64,000 nt of DNA, from positions 49,476,001 to 49,540,000 of the forward strand of contig OZ024747.1 of the NCBI GenBank assembly GCA_964016885.1, given 5' to 3'. The translations under genes and the position numbers were made by a program. Positions 37,305 through 49,901 of this stretch are shown in pieces. The notes below the pieces were generated by a model, which ran no database searches, was not told where the DNA came from, and was given only the letters and a program-made list of their open reading frames with translations. The stretch's first letter is position 1. Every line of letters begins with the position of its first letter. The stretch comes from Eledone cirrhosa (Eukaryota).

Positions 37305-37790
37305 CTATGTGGACGTCCCTCTTCCTTCTCCCCCTGATGATGACCATCTTCCTGTTTCGCAGAGGCAAACCCCTCATCTGGGATGCCACTTGCAGCGACA
37401 CTTTCTCCAGCCGCAACCTGGTGCAGTGTGCGACTAACCCAGGTTCTGCTGCACTTCAGGCTGAGGAGGGTAAACTCTCCAAGTATTGGTCGCTCTCCGA
37501 CAGGTTTGTTGTCAAGCCCCTAGTAGTGGAGACTTCTGGTGTCCTAGGCCCTAGACTACCTCTCTACTCACCACCATAGGCGCCGAGCTTGCGAGCTGGA
37601 ATGACTCTTCCAGCACATCTCCCTTACAATCCTCTGGGGAAACGCCTTCTCCATTGGGCTGTGGGGGAGGCCAGCATGTGTAACCCCATTTGCTCACCAT
37701 ACAGAGAGATGGAGGCGACAAAAGTGGGAGTTCGGCTCTTCCACGCTCGGACCATATCCTTGTGGTTGTGTTCATTAAGTAGTTTATGAG
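37305..37790 (+). mobile_element. 3' fragment of a restriction-like-endonuclease non-LTR retrotransposon (CRE-like)
   Basis: RGKPLIWDATCSDTF..GSAALQAEEGKLSKY..PLVVETSGVLG, then WGNAFSI in another frame; GC-rich relative to flanks. Confidence 0.75.
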
Positions 37791-37950
37791 TCTGTTTATG
37801 TATAGACATAGGTACTGTTGCCATAGAATTTGTCTCTAGCATATATTCACATCAACACTTTTTTTTAGACACAAAGTCTGATACAAACAAACTGAGTAAA
37901 ATATTGAAACATTACCTTTTGCTTTATACATATATAAATATATATATATA

Positions 37951-39441
37951 TCATCATTTAATGTCTATCTTCCACGCTAGCATGGGTTAGATGGTTTTGT
38001 TCCATTTGATGTGGGAATGGTCGGGAGACCGTGTCTCGCCCATACGGAAGTGTCTCTGGCAGGTTTTTTTACAGCTGGATGCCCTTCCTAACACCAACCA
38101 CATTTACAGTGTGGACCGGGAGCCTTTTTACCGTGTCTCCTACATGACCACCTTACAGTGTGGACTATTGTGTCATCGACACAGTGGACGGAACAGGAAA
38201 GGGAGGATGGGGTAGGGTGTACATTGGGTTAAGAGGTGCCTACTGACTGTAGGTTTGTATGCAATGGCAATCGGGTCTTCTGTACAACTGCATGGCGCCA
38301 AAGGTCTCAGTCCAGTGTCATTGTCTTAGAGAAATGTAAGTGAGCAAGGTCAGTTTTTATCACCTCGTCCCAGGTTTCTCTTGGTCTGCCCACTCCGTAG
38401 CTTCCATCAATTTTCATTGGCCTGCACTTTTTTATAGAGCTGTTGTCCTTCATACGCATCACATGTCCATACCAACACAATCTCCTCTCCAGAACACAAC
38501 ATTTAATACCTCTTATGCTTAGTCTCTCTCTTAATTCGTTTATGCTTCGCCTTTCGCACACATTACTATTACACATCCATCGGAGCATGCAAGCTTCATT
38601 TCTTTCTAATCTACGCAGGTCTTCAGCCCACAACGCCCAGGTCACACTACCATGTAATATCGCCATTCTTATACAAGCATCATACAATCTGCCTTTCATT
38701 TTTAGAGAAAAACCCCTTGTGGCCAACAGCGGTTTTAGCTCTCTGAACTTTTTCAATCCTGCTCTAACCCTGGCTACTACACTTTCAGAACACCCTCCTC
38801 CACTGCTGATTTTGTTACCAAGGTAATGGAAAGTGTCTGCTATTTCTATAGAACCATCTGGGCAGTTGAACGAGATAGCATCCAGTGGGTCCTTGCTACT
38901 TACTGTACCTGAGCATTGGCCACACATAAAATCTACATTCGTAGATAGTTTACCTGTGATCCCACTACATCTTTTATGTACCCATAGTTTGCATTTGGGA
39001 CATAGAATGGAGTTTGTACCTACTCCTTTCTTACACAATGAACATAGCCATTTCCCAGAGGGTACCTGTGCCCTATTCTCCTTTCTACATACTAGAACCT
39101 TAGTCTTAGACAAGTTAACTCTAAGACCTTTTGATTGTAGGCCATGCTTCCATGTTTGGAACTTCTTTCTAGTTCAGCCATGGATTCAGCTATGAGAGTT
39201 AGATCATCTGCATATAGAAGTTCCCATGGACAGCCAGTCTTAAACTCTTCTGTTATAGCCTGTAGGACAATAATAAACAGAAGGGAGCTAAGGATGGAGC
39301 CTTGGTGAACCCCTACTATTACGCTAAATTCATCACTATATTCATTGTTAATTCTAACCTTGCTGACTGTTCCTCTACACATGGCTTGTATAGCTCTCAC
39401 AAGCCATTCTTCGACTCCTAGTTTTCTAAGAGCCCACCAGA
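37951..39441 (-). mobile_element. RTE LINE, 3' part (interrupted by piggyBac)
   Basis: ORFs 38307-39113 and 39092-39460 (LIWWALRKLG..LLYADD..); GAT tail. Confidence 0.95.
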
Positions 39442-39445
39442 TTAA

Positions 39446-40539
39446 CCCTTTAGCATTCACATTAATTTGTCAAATGTCATGTTTATCTGTTCACATTATT
39501 TTCAGTTAATCGTACTCAAGAGGGTTATCAATTTTATTTGTTTGTAATTTTCTTAATTTTCTATGTGCAGGCTTGAAATTTTGTCAGATGTTTAAATAGC
39601 AATAATTTACAATTATATAATTTTACCTGATTTTTTTTGGTTAAATTTGACTTTTATGGGCAGGTGAAATTAATTAATAGGGACATTTGAAGTATCAACC
39701 AAGTGCAAATATTGGTTTAATTTTAAATATGTTGTTTTTGGCATAATACTTGATATATAAGGATTACTAAACCTTATATCAGTGCTCCAGTAATTCCAGT
39801 CTTGGAAATTGTTTTATACCGAACATAATATTTACGGTAAAAAATGCTTGCATTTCCGCAGCATCTGTCGGTCGCCAAACAGATCGAGTTTTCCTCAATT
39901 TGAAATCTGTTGTTGGGCATATCGATTAATCTCTTCTGCCACAATTTCGAAGAAAGTTTGTGGTCAAAACAAAAAGAAATAATCCAGTGCTTTAGCATCG
40001 GGAGCTAATGTGTGCTGTGGACAAGTAATTTGAATAAAATCGAGAACATATATTAGTGTGGTATTTTTCAACCATGTTCCTGTAATACTTTCAATGGCGT
40101 CCTGGAGATCTCCGTTTTCACTTTCAAAACAACAATAATCGTCGGATGAAATTTCAGAAATGTAAACATCTGATTCATCTGAAGATAAATCACTAATATT
40201 ATCTTTTGTTTCTTGTTCATTCTGAATGCTGTCGTGTGTAAAACCTTCAAAGTCGGTATCGCTACTTTCACAAGCCATGTTGATATACAAAAAATCTGTT
40301 CTACTTTCAACGTAAACAAAAACACGTGTTGTTTTAAGTTGTTTCACTATATTAAGTGTTAATTTTCGCGGTAAGGGCCTAATCTCGCAGTAATCTCGAA
40401 TTGATGAGATTTTGATGACGGTATTGTTAATATTTAGAACGGTATTTTAGTGTGGGTGTTATCGGCCGGTTTCGAGCGGTTTGAACAAATGAAGGGGAAA
40501 TAATTGCAGCTGGTTTGGGGCGGCTTCAACACTAAAGAG
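39446..40539 (-). mobile_element. Internally deleted piggyBac element (1094 bp) with transposase N-terminal remnant
   Basis: TTAA at 39442-39445 and 40540-40543; ends CCCTTTAG / CTAAAGAG; acidic N-terminus MACESSDTDFEGF..APDAKALDYFFLF*PQTFFEIVAEEINRYAQQ. Confidence 0.88.
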
Positions 40540-40543
40540 TTAA

Positions 40544-40818
40544 GGTGCATGGGACTCTGTCAAAGACCTTCTCCAGGTCAACAAAAGCTAAGTAGATAGG
40601 TTTACTGTTAGCTAAGCACTTCTCCTATAATTGCCGTACAAGGAAATGAGTATCCGTGGTACTTTTATGTGGCACAAACCCAAACTGTATTTCATCTAGA
40701 TCAATTTGGTCTCTAATCAGTTGAGTAATAACTCTTTCTGTGACTTTCATGACTTGGTCAACTAATTTAATGCCCTTCTAGTTTCCTCTATCCAGGGCGT
40801 TTCCTTTGCCCTTGTAAC
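40544..40818 (-). mobile_element. RTE LINE, 5' continuation
   Basis: YKGKGNALDRGN..QFGFVP..AFVDLEKVFDRVPCT joins LIWW across the TTAA. Confidence 0.93.
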
Positions 40819-42062
40819 ACATATATATGCATCATACAAAACTTTAGAAAACACACTATGATAACAATTCTTATGGTTAAAAGAATGTATAGAAAGCTGG
40901 CTAGTATCAATCCTGCCTTTATATATCTTTCTCTCTATCCTTCTCTGGAAGAAATTGACTATGTTTAGACCTAGTGAGGGAAGGGCTCCACCAAGTTTAG
41001 AATGTCATGATGGTGTCCCTCCATCAAGAGTTAAAGGTCTAGATATACTTATATACTGCTGCTCTCTGTAGAACTACTAAGCTATGCAAAAAAAGCAAAC
41101 ATCAATACTTGCATAACTCCTGTAATGATTTAGCAGAAAATATCTAAAAACAGGCTAATTCAAATGTTTATAGTATCTTGAATATTGTAAAAATTTGCAG
41201 TCAACTAAAGGACTAATCAAAATGCTGTGTTTTTTGTTTGTTTATATTTTTGACTTTTTACTAATGTCTTGCTAATGCAATAGTTCACCATCTTCAGTCC
41301 ACCCAGGAAAATACTATAAACATTTAATATTGCTAAATCATTACAGGATGATAAGAGCCCCAGTCCAGGAATTGAACTTTATGATAATGAGTCCAACACT
41401 AACTACAGGCCACAAACCTTCAGTTGTGTAGTTTAAAGAGAAAACAGTAAACCTTATTACATGCTTTTAAAATGTTTATGTAAACACTAAAAACATTGAC
41501 AAAATTACAAGTGGAAGAATCAGAGAGAAAATACGTAAAATCTTTACAAAGACAGTGTAGTGTGTGAGTATATACACACACACATATACACTTTGCTAAT
41601 TTAAAACAGATGAACGAGAGTTGTACTACATCTGCTGAAATGCATTATTATATTTACTTATTGTCTCAAACACCTGCCATCACATCTCATAGTATTAATG
41701 GAGAAATACATTTTACTGTGTCTACCAACACCTACATTAACATCAGATTGTTTCATATTTCTTTTCAAGATTGCATTAGTATGGTGTCAGTATCACATGT
41801 GGATGAAATAACTAATATTCTGTTTCTTCACTAAAGCCCTTTCATTACATTATTTCTAATGAAAAACACTGCCTAGATTTTCTTTTCTTTTTTTTGAGGA
41901 GAGAGATTTGAAAGGATTTAGTAGCGTAACTAACTTTTACATTTTTAACTGGTGTTAGAAACATAGCTTAAAGGTATTTACATAAAATTATGGAAGATTT
42001 TTAGATAAATATAAAGACTTCAGAATAAACAGTTTAGTATCATAGAACTAGAGGTAGTTTAA

Positions 42063-42262
42063 CCTTTTAACATTTACATTACTCCATATATTGTATTTTC
42101 GCAGTAAAAGCTTTACCTCACATAATATTGAATCTATGAGATTTTGATATTTATTTTGAGAACAATACTTTAATGTAGGTATGAGTGGCCAGTTACGGTC
42201 AGTTTGAACAGAAAGAAGTGAAAGAATTCTGGCCAGATAAGGCTGGTTTAAATGCTAAATGG
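42063..42262. mobile_element. piggyBac-type MITE family A
   Basis: TTAA flanks; reverse orientation of 44788-44989. Confidence 0.8.
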
Positions 42263-43074
42263 TTAAGGCAGTTTAGTGTCAAAATCAAACTATGTACTAG
42301 GATACAGAACTACTAATTTTAACATTTTTGTTAACCTATTTCTAATGAAAAATACATTTTGAAAACAATCTAGACTATGGAGATATTTAGTAATATATCT
42401 AACATTCTCATCATTAAGCTGGTGTTTGGAACATAACATAAAATTATGGTGGAAGGTTTTTCAATGTATAAACAGTTTTGTAACATGTTTCAGGAAGTTT
42501 AAAGTGTTTATATATATACAGATTAAAGTGTTTATGTATCAAAACTTAAAGCCAGCTAAGTTAAAAATTCCAAGTATTCTGTTAAAAAGACAATCTAGAC
42601 AATATTGGGTTGTATAAATATTTCTTTCTTTTGATTGTTAATCTCAAGGTATAACAATATTTGAGGTGTGTAATAACAAAGGGTTCCTTGATAATAAAAA
42701 GGACTGGGTGTCGTTCAACTAGACTATATTTATTGTTCATGAATATTTTTCAGTCCAACTGCTTTCATTATCATATTTAAGAAAACAAAAATAATATTTA
42801 TGAGTTTCAAATCATTTTAGAAATAAGGATTTCAATGGATTTAGTAATATATCTAACATTCTCATTATCAAGCTGGTGCTTGGAAAATAACTTAATGCAC
42901 TTTCTTACATATAATTCTGGAAGGTTTTTCGATAAATATAAATGTTTTAAAATAAATAATCTTGCATCATTGAACCAGAGATGGTTTCAGGCAGTTTTTT
43001 TTTTATCAAAATGGTTTAAAATAACCTCTACACGACCAATAAAAAAAAAAAAAAAAAAAAAAAATGAAACTCAC

Positions 43075-43178
43075 CTATGACCATATACCAATATTTTAGA
43101 TCTATCAGCAGGCCATTCACAGATAGCAATGAAAATATCTGGTTCAATTCCATTTTCAAAAAGACGTACTTCTGATAC
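43075..43178 (-). CDS. DCAF15: DCAF15 coding exon (most 5' one found): VSEVRLFENGIEPDIFIAICEWPADRSKILVYGH
   Basis: ctag/gtgag; 104 nt, phase 0 to 2; matches human [35 protein letters not shown]. Confidence 0.94.
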
Positions 43179-44082
43179 CTAGCAAAAGATAGAACAATGA
43201 CTTTATTAATATTTAAAAGGTGTTAGTTTTTAGAGCCTTTAGTGAAAACAAAAACAGCATACAATTCCCATCTTAACCATTTCATTATCAAAGACAAAAC
43301 TTAATCATTTTTAAATCATTTTGAAAATTATCAAGAATTTGGAGGAATTTAGTAAAATAACTTCTCCCATGTTTTTATAACTCATGGGACTAGGATGGGT
43401 GGGGATTCTCAAACATAAGACCTTGCAGTAATGTGGTCTCCACTAAAAGTTTCCAAGAGGCAGATAGTGATGGCAAAACTGTGCAAAAGATTAAATCTAC
43501 TACTCAGCTAGGCCAAAGTGGAATTTGAACTCAGAACACAAAGATTCAGATCCAAAACCACAAGACATCTCATTCAATGCAGTCCATTGCCTGAAAAGGG
43601 TACTTTATTTTATTGACCCTGAAAGGATGAGGTGCAAAGTTGAACATAGTGTGATTTGAACTCAGAGTGCAGAGAGCTGGATCAAGTTATTTTTTCCAGT
43701 GCTCTTAACTTTGACCAATAACAGTATCGAGCTATATAGTGAAGAATGTTCATACAAGTTTAGCTTTCAGGAATGAGACAAACATTAAAATATGGAGATG
43801 ACTAACTGCTTAGTTTGTTGAAAGTAGCAGAAACACAAAAGACATAAGTAAAATATATGTTTCTTTAATTTATAGAAATATATTGCCAGGGAAAAAAAAA
43901 GCAAAATGTTCCCCAAAATACTTTTTAATGGATAACTATGGAAACACTAATATATAATAACTAAGAAAAATGAAGATTATATATAACAAAAATGTTAATG
44001 TCATTTGCTTACAACAAATTAATCAGTCAGCTATATATATATGTTGTCAATCCATTTCACTCTAACTCAATGCTATCATACA

Positions 44083-44216
44083 TTAACCCTTTCATGGCTA
44101 TATTCCTGGTGGAATACACTATCATAGATTAACCCTTTCATGACTATATTCCTGATGGAATACACTATCATAGATTAACCCTTTCATGACTATATTCCTG
44201 GTGGAATACCCTATCA
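44083..44216. repeat. 46-bp tandem triplication of a TTAA-CCCTTT MITE end
   Basis: ttaaccctttcat at 44083, 44129 and 44175. Confidence 0.9.
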
Positions 44217-44378
44217 ATGTACTTGAATTAACTTGGAAAATAAGCAAGAGTATAATGGAAGAATCCAGTAATATTACTAACATTTTCATTTTAAATATAG
44301 ATAATACAAGAGTGTTTTTCTTTAGTATCAAAATGGTCAAACTTGATCTCTCTCTCTTTATATATATGTGTGTATATA

Positions 44379-44603
44379 TCATCGTTTAACGTCTATCTTC
44401 CATGCTAGCATGGGTTAGATGGGAATTGTCCCACTTCCTGCAAGATTGATCGGGTGGCCGTGTGTGGCTTGTATAGGACTGTATCTGGCTGGTTTTCTAC
44501 GGCTGGGTGCCCTTCCTAACACCAACCACATTAACAGTGTGGGCTGGATGTTCTGTGGTACCAACATAACTTTACAGAGAAAGGGTGGTGTGGGAGGATG
44601 GAG
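44379..44603 (-). mobile_element. RTE LINE 3' UTR fragment
   Basis: Matches 16615-16895 with an internal deletion. Confidence 0.8.
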
Positions 44604-44787
44604 TACACACACACTCACATATATATAACCGTTTTTATGTTCATATTGGCAAGGGCTGAATGATACTTCTAAATGTATTTTATGCTTCCACATACCAACC
44701 CATAAATTATTTCTAAGTATCATACTTATTCCAGATATTTTCATTGAACCACTAAGCAATGGAATATACACAACACCACTTGCTTAA

Positions 44788-44989
44788 CCCTTTAGCATTT
44801 AAACTGGCTGTATATGGCCAGAATTCTCTCACCTCTTTCTGTTCAAACTGACCGTAATTGACCACTCATACCGACGTTAAAGTATTGTTCTCAAAATAAA
44901 TAATATTAAAACTTCACATTCAATATTATGTGAATTAATTTAGTGCAAAAATACAAAAGTAAATATAGAGTAATGTAAATGCTAAAGGG
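44788..44989. mobile_element. piggyBac-type MITE family A, best-preserved copy (202 bp)
   Basis: TTAA TSD; perfect 14-bp TIR CCCTTTAGCATTTA / TAAATGCTAAAGGG. Confidence 0.9.
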
Positions 44990-45070
44990 TTAAACAGTCA
45001 TGAAGAAATAAGTGAAGACAGAGCCACACACATGTTGGGCTTCCACACATTTTCCATGTATCAAATTCAC

Positions 45071-45162
45071 GTGTGTGTGTGTGGTGTGGTGTGGTGTGGT
45101 GTGGTGTGGTGTGGTGTGGTGTGGTGTGGTGTGGTGTGGTGTGGTGTGGTGTGGTGTGGTGT

Positions 45163-45193
<31 letters not shown>
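45071..45193. repeat. (GTGTG)n and (GT)n microsatellite
   Basis: Direct reading. Confidence 0.95.
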
Positions 45194-45195
<2 letters not shown>

Positions 45196-46437
45196 TTATG
45201 GTTGTTTTGGTAAAGTCAGTACAATGTAAATTTAAAATAAAGTGAAAACTAGAATATTACACTTTTACTGTATATTTCATATTTTGAGGTTAAGACACTT
45301 TTTTCAAAAGAAAGGAAATGGTGATGTTAGCTAACCAGTAATGATACAAAATAATACAAACATCCTTGTGCTCCTATATCATACCAATGAATTCAAAAGA
45401 AATGAGTATAGTGGTGATGTGTTAAACAAACAGGATTTATAACAAGTAAGGTATTAAGAGAGGGTTTTCTGGTCTTGTCAAGGAGCTAACAACCTCCATT
45501 TCAATCAATTTTAAACATAAATTAAGAGCATGGAGAGATTTTAGTAAAATAACTAATTTTAATATGATTAACTTAACATCACGTAATGATTTAGCAGAAA
45601 ATATCTTGATTCTTAATTCAAATCATGGGAGGAGGGGGGGGGGGGGTCTCCATACAGGTTCTGAGACAATGACAGGTCAGATAACCATGTCTTGCTCATG
45701 TTCTCTTTTGGCATGGTTTCGACAGCTGAATGCCCTTCCTAATGTCAACCACTTTACAGCATGTACTTGGTGCATTTTATCATCACACCTGTAAAGTTTA
45801 TAGTAATTTAGTAAAGACTTGAAATATTTAATGTGATGTAGTCATAGTATTATTTGATACTTTTCAAAAATGTCTTGCTAATGTGAATTAGTTTGGGGAC
45901 ATAACCTAACAAAAGGTTCTGGCATAAAAATATGAGTTATTTTGATTTTATATAAACACTTTAAAATGGACAGTTTTGTATCATAGACCCAGAGACAGTC
46001 TCAGGTCAGTATCAAAAGGATTAAGAGAATTTACTATTATACCTTACCTTCCCATCTATACTTTATCTATGCTAAGGATTTAGACATATTTCTGATGATA
46101 TTTATGCACTTTTCTGGAGAATTCAATAAATTATTCACCTTTTACTATCTTCAACATGTTATAAATCAAAATAGGTCAGCTTCTACTAAACTTCTATTTA
46201 AAATAAACAGATGCAAACATCAAAAAGCATCAGCAATACTAAAAGAAAGAAGTCAAAATAAAAGAGAAAAAGAAAATGAAGCAAATGACACACAGATATT
46301 GATTTCTAGAGAGACACACAGCTATAAAAATGTGTATACGTGAGAGAGAGAGAGAGAGGAGAGGAAGGCATAGTTGATTATATGGACCCTCTCGGAAGAA
46401 TGAGAAACAAAGTCAACTCCAGGATATGACATGATAA

Positions 46438-46872
46438 TGGTTTCTGACTTAGGCACAAGGCAAACAATTTGGGGGGGGGGGGGGTCAATTAAATCGACCC
46501 CAGTGCATTACTGGTATTTATTTTATTGACTCCCATTAGAATGAAAGACAAAGCTGACCTTAATAGGATTTGAACACAGAACGTAAAGGCCCGTAACTAT
46601 ATGCTACAAAGCATGTCTGACACTACCGATACTGCCAGTAATAACAATAATAATTGTTTCTACTTTTAGCACAAGGCCAGCAATTATCCAGTACATTACT
46701 GGTACTTTATTTTATCGACCCCGTAAGGATGAAAGGCAAAGTTAACAATGGTTTCTGATTTAAGCACAAAGCCAACAATTTTGGGGGGAGGGGAAAGTTG
46801 ATTAGATTGACTCCAGTGTGCTAAAGGGTCATAACTATATGCTGCAAAGTTGAATGCTCTACCGATATTGCC
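46438..46872 (-). mobile_element. Cluster of SINE-like family B copies
   Basis: Three co-oriented pieces starting near 46438, 46655 and 46748. Confidence 0.7.
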
Positions 46873-47682
46873 AAAAATAATAATAATAATTCTTTCTATG
46901 ATAAGATAATATGAAAAGAGGAACTTTCAAAAGAAGACAACAAAATCTCCAGGGATACCCCTCCACTTTACATAGAGTTTGATTCTCCCGACTGGGTGGC
47001 ACGTTGTGTCATTGAGCACAACACATTATTTCACATTGCACAATTTCACACAGCTGGCAAAAAATGAATTGTACCTGTAACTCCAGAAGCCAGCCTTGCC
47101 ACACTGTATCTCCCTGAGAAGTTTGTTAAGAGTGCACATGTCTATGGAATGGTCATCCACCTACACATTCATTCCACAAGCAGACAGTTCTGTTTATTTC
47201 GTGGGCAGAGATTCTGATTCTCGATTATTTACTTGTATTAATCTCCAGGCTTTAGCTATTGACCAGTTAATTTTATTGATTTTTTTAGCTGATCTTATTG
47301 ACTGATGAATAGCTCGTTTATTTTAACACGTCTGTTGAGAACTCTTATTCGATATGTGATTTTTTGTATTCTTACAAAATTTACATTTACTGAATTCTTT
47401 CGCCAAATATAGGGGTTCCTTCTCTTGCTGGACTACACATGCGTCCAGTAACGGGTCTCCCTGTATTTTTGAACGAAACATCCGCTGAGAAAGCAGTTTT
47501 CCACGTTCATCTCTTTACTAGAAGTCAGATATATTTTTTTATGTGGGCTGACAGTAATTGATTAAGGAACTGCAGAAACCCCAAAAGCTAGAATTTAACA
47601 TCCTTCTAGCGGGTCCGGGTGAGTTTTTACATTTATTTAGAGGCACATGGGTTTTTACATTTATTTAGAGGCACATTTATTT

Positions 47683-48025
47683 GGAGGCACATGGCTTAGT
47701 GGTTAGAGCATTGGCCTTGCAATCGAAAGGTTGTGAGTTCAATTCTCAGACCGGGTGATGTGTTGTTTCCTTGAGCAAGACACTTTATTTCACATTGCTC
47801 CAGTTTACTCAGCTGTAGAAATGAGATGATAGGGACTGGGGTCCCTATCATTCCACTGCAAAGTGGTCGTGGAGGTGCCACGAAAAAAAGCACCCAGCAC
47901 TCACTGTAAATGAGGTTGGTGTTAGGAAGGGCATCCAGCTGTAGAAATCAAGCCAGAATCAGTTCCCGTCCCACCCTTGCAAGCAGGGAAAAGCGGACGT
48001 AAAATGAAATGATGATGAATGATGA
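47683..48025 (+). mobile_element. Full-length SINE family A
   Basis: Near-identical to 4003-4345. Confidence 0.9.
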
Positions 48026-48235
48026 TTTAATTTATTAATTTATTATTTGAGTGACTCGAATTTTCCTGGTCGTTTTTTTCAGCTGTGCGAATGATTCTAG
48101 GCATTGTCTCTATGTGTTAGTATTTTAACGATAGTTATAGCTCTGGTTCATCCAAACTATTGAGCCCTCTGCCACACATGTCGAAGATTGTTTATCGTTA
48201 TTTCGTGGGCCGAGATTCTGATTCTCGATTATTTA

Positions 48236-48280
<45 letters not shown>

Positions 48281-49571
48281 GTACTTACTGCTTCCTCTTT
48301 CTCTGTATCTTTACCCTCTCTAACAGTCACTCTCTCTGTTAGCCTCTTCCTTACCCTTCACTCACTCACTCTCTGTTACTACCTCTCCTCCTCCCCGTTA
48401 GACCTGTGCGTAATTCTTTTCTTTCGCACTCTTGGTCAGGCTGGTTCGCTTTTTTTCTCTCTCTCATCTACGATTTCACAGACTAGATTCCTTCTTCCTC
48501 CCGTTAGACCTGTACGGAATTCCTCCCTTGCGGAAATTTGGGACTTGACTCTTTCTTCCTCACTTTTCGTTGCTTCACCATCTTTGTTTGTTTACACTCT
48601 CGTGTCCCCTTTATTTACGTGTCCCAACGACTTTTTTCAGCCGTTGCTCGCACCAACCGGAGGTATATGGTCTTTAAAGCGATGAAATACCAATGATGGT
48701 TGGAAGATCACTGATGAAGGACTAACTTTATTCATATATATATCATCATCACCGTTTTACGTCCGTTCTTCCACGCTAGCAAGGGTTAGACGGGTTGTCC
48801 TGTTGTGGGCAGTGTCTGGTCGGCTGACCATGCCTTGCTCATACAGGAGCTGATTTGGCTCGATTTTTACAGTTGGATGCCCTTCCTAACACCAACCTCA
48901 TTTACAGTGAGTGCTGGGTGCTTTTTCGTGGTGCCTACACATATATGTATGTATGTATGTATGTGTGTGTGTGTGTGCGTGTGTGTGTGTACACACACAC
49001 ACACACACACACACAGTTTTGTCTCCACCTCACAACACTACATATACTACCATCTTCAACAAAATCACATGGAAATATAATTAACATTTAACATTACCAA
49101 AATTACACCAAGAAGACTAATTTATTCTGTTGGTGTTAACCTTTCTTCAATTAATGTCATTATAGACCACATTCAGTAGTAGGTCATTCACCTGGTTGCC
49201 AAACCAAGAGTCAATGACTGTTTCTCTATGAAACTAGCAGCCAAATCTCACCTAAACATCTTAAAAGAGGAATAAAATAGTTCATGATTGTTCAAAATAT
49301 ACTACATCAGAAAATAAGACGGGATGAACATGGATGGAACAACTAACCCATCTGAAACCAGCTCTGGTTCTATGAAACAATAGCACACATTTTAAAGGGT
49401 TCCTAATTAAATTAAAATCTTCCAACATAATTTTATGTAATTTCATGTTCAGTTACTGTCTAAGTAATGAAATGATAATTTTAGTAAGTCCCTCAAAATT
49501 CTTCAATAATTAATCAAAATATTTCATTAGAAATATGGTCACAAAAGAGTTAAACAAGTCTGGCATGAGAA

Positions 49572-49901
49572 TCATCATTTTACGTCCGCTTTTCCCTGCT
49601 TGCAAGGGTGGGATGGGAACTGATTCTGGCTTGGTTTCTACAGCTGGATGCCCTTCCTAACACCAACCTCATTTACAGTGAGTGCTGGGCTGGGTGCTTT
49701 TTTGCCGTGGCACCTCCACGACCACTTTGCAGTGGAATGATATGGACCCCAGTCCCTATCATCTCATTTCTACAGCTGAGTAAACTGGAGCAATGTGAAA
49801 TAAAGTGTCTTGCTCAAGGAAACAACACATCACCCGGTCTGAGAATTGAACTCACAACCATTCGATTGCAGGGCCAATGCTCTAACCACTAAGCCATGTG
49901 C
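49572..49901 (-). mobile_element. Full-length SINE family A, inverted
   Basis: Reverse complement of 47683-48025. Confidence 0.9.

Noticed and set aside
46048-46113. AG...GTAAG-bounded segment as the missing DCAF15 N-terminal exon
   Set aside because: Stops in all three frames and no similarity.
47302-47370. CTGATGA at about 47302 (and 48711) as hammerheads
   Set aside because: No convincing GAAA, helix III and helix I closure.
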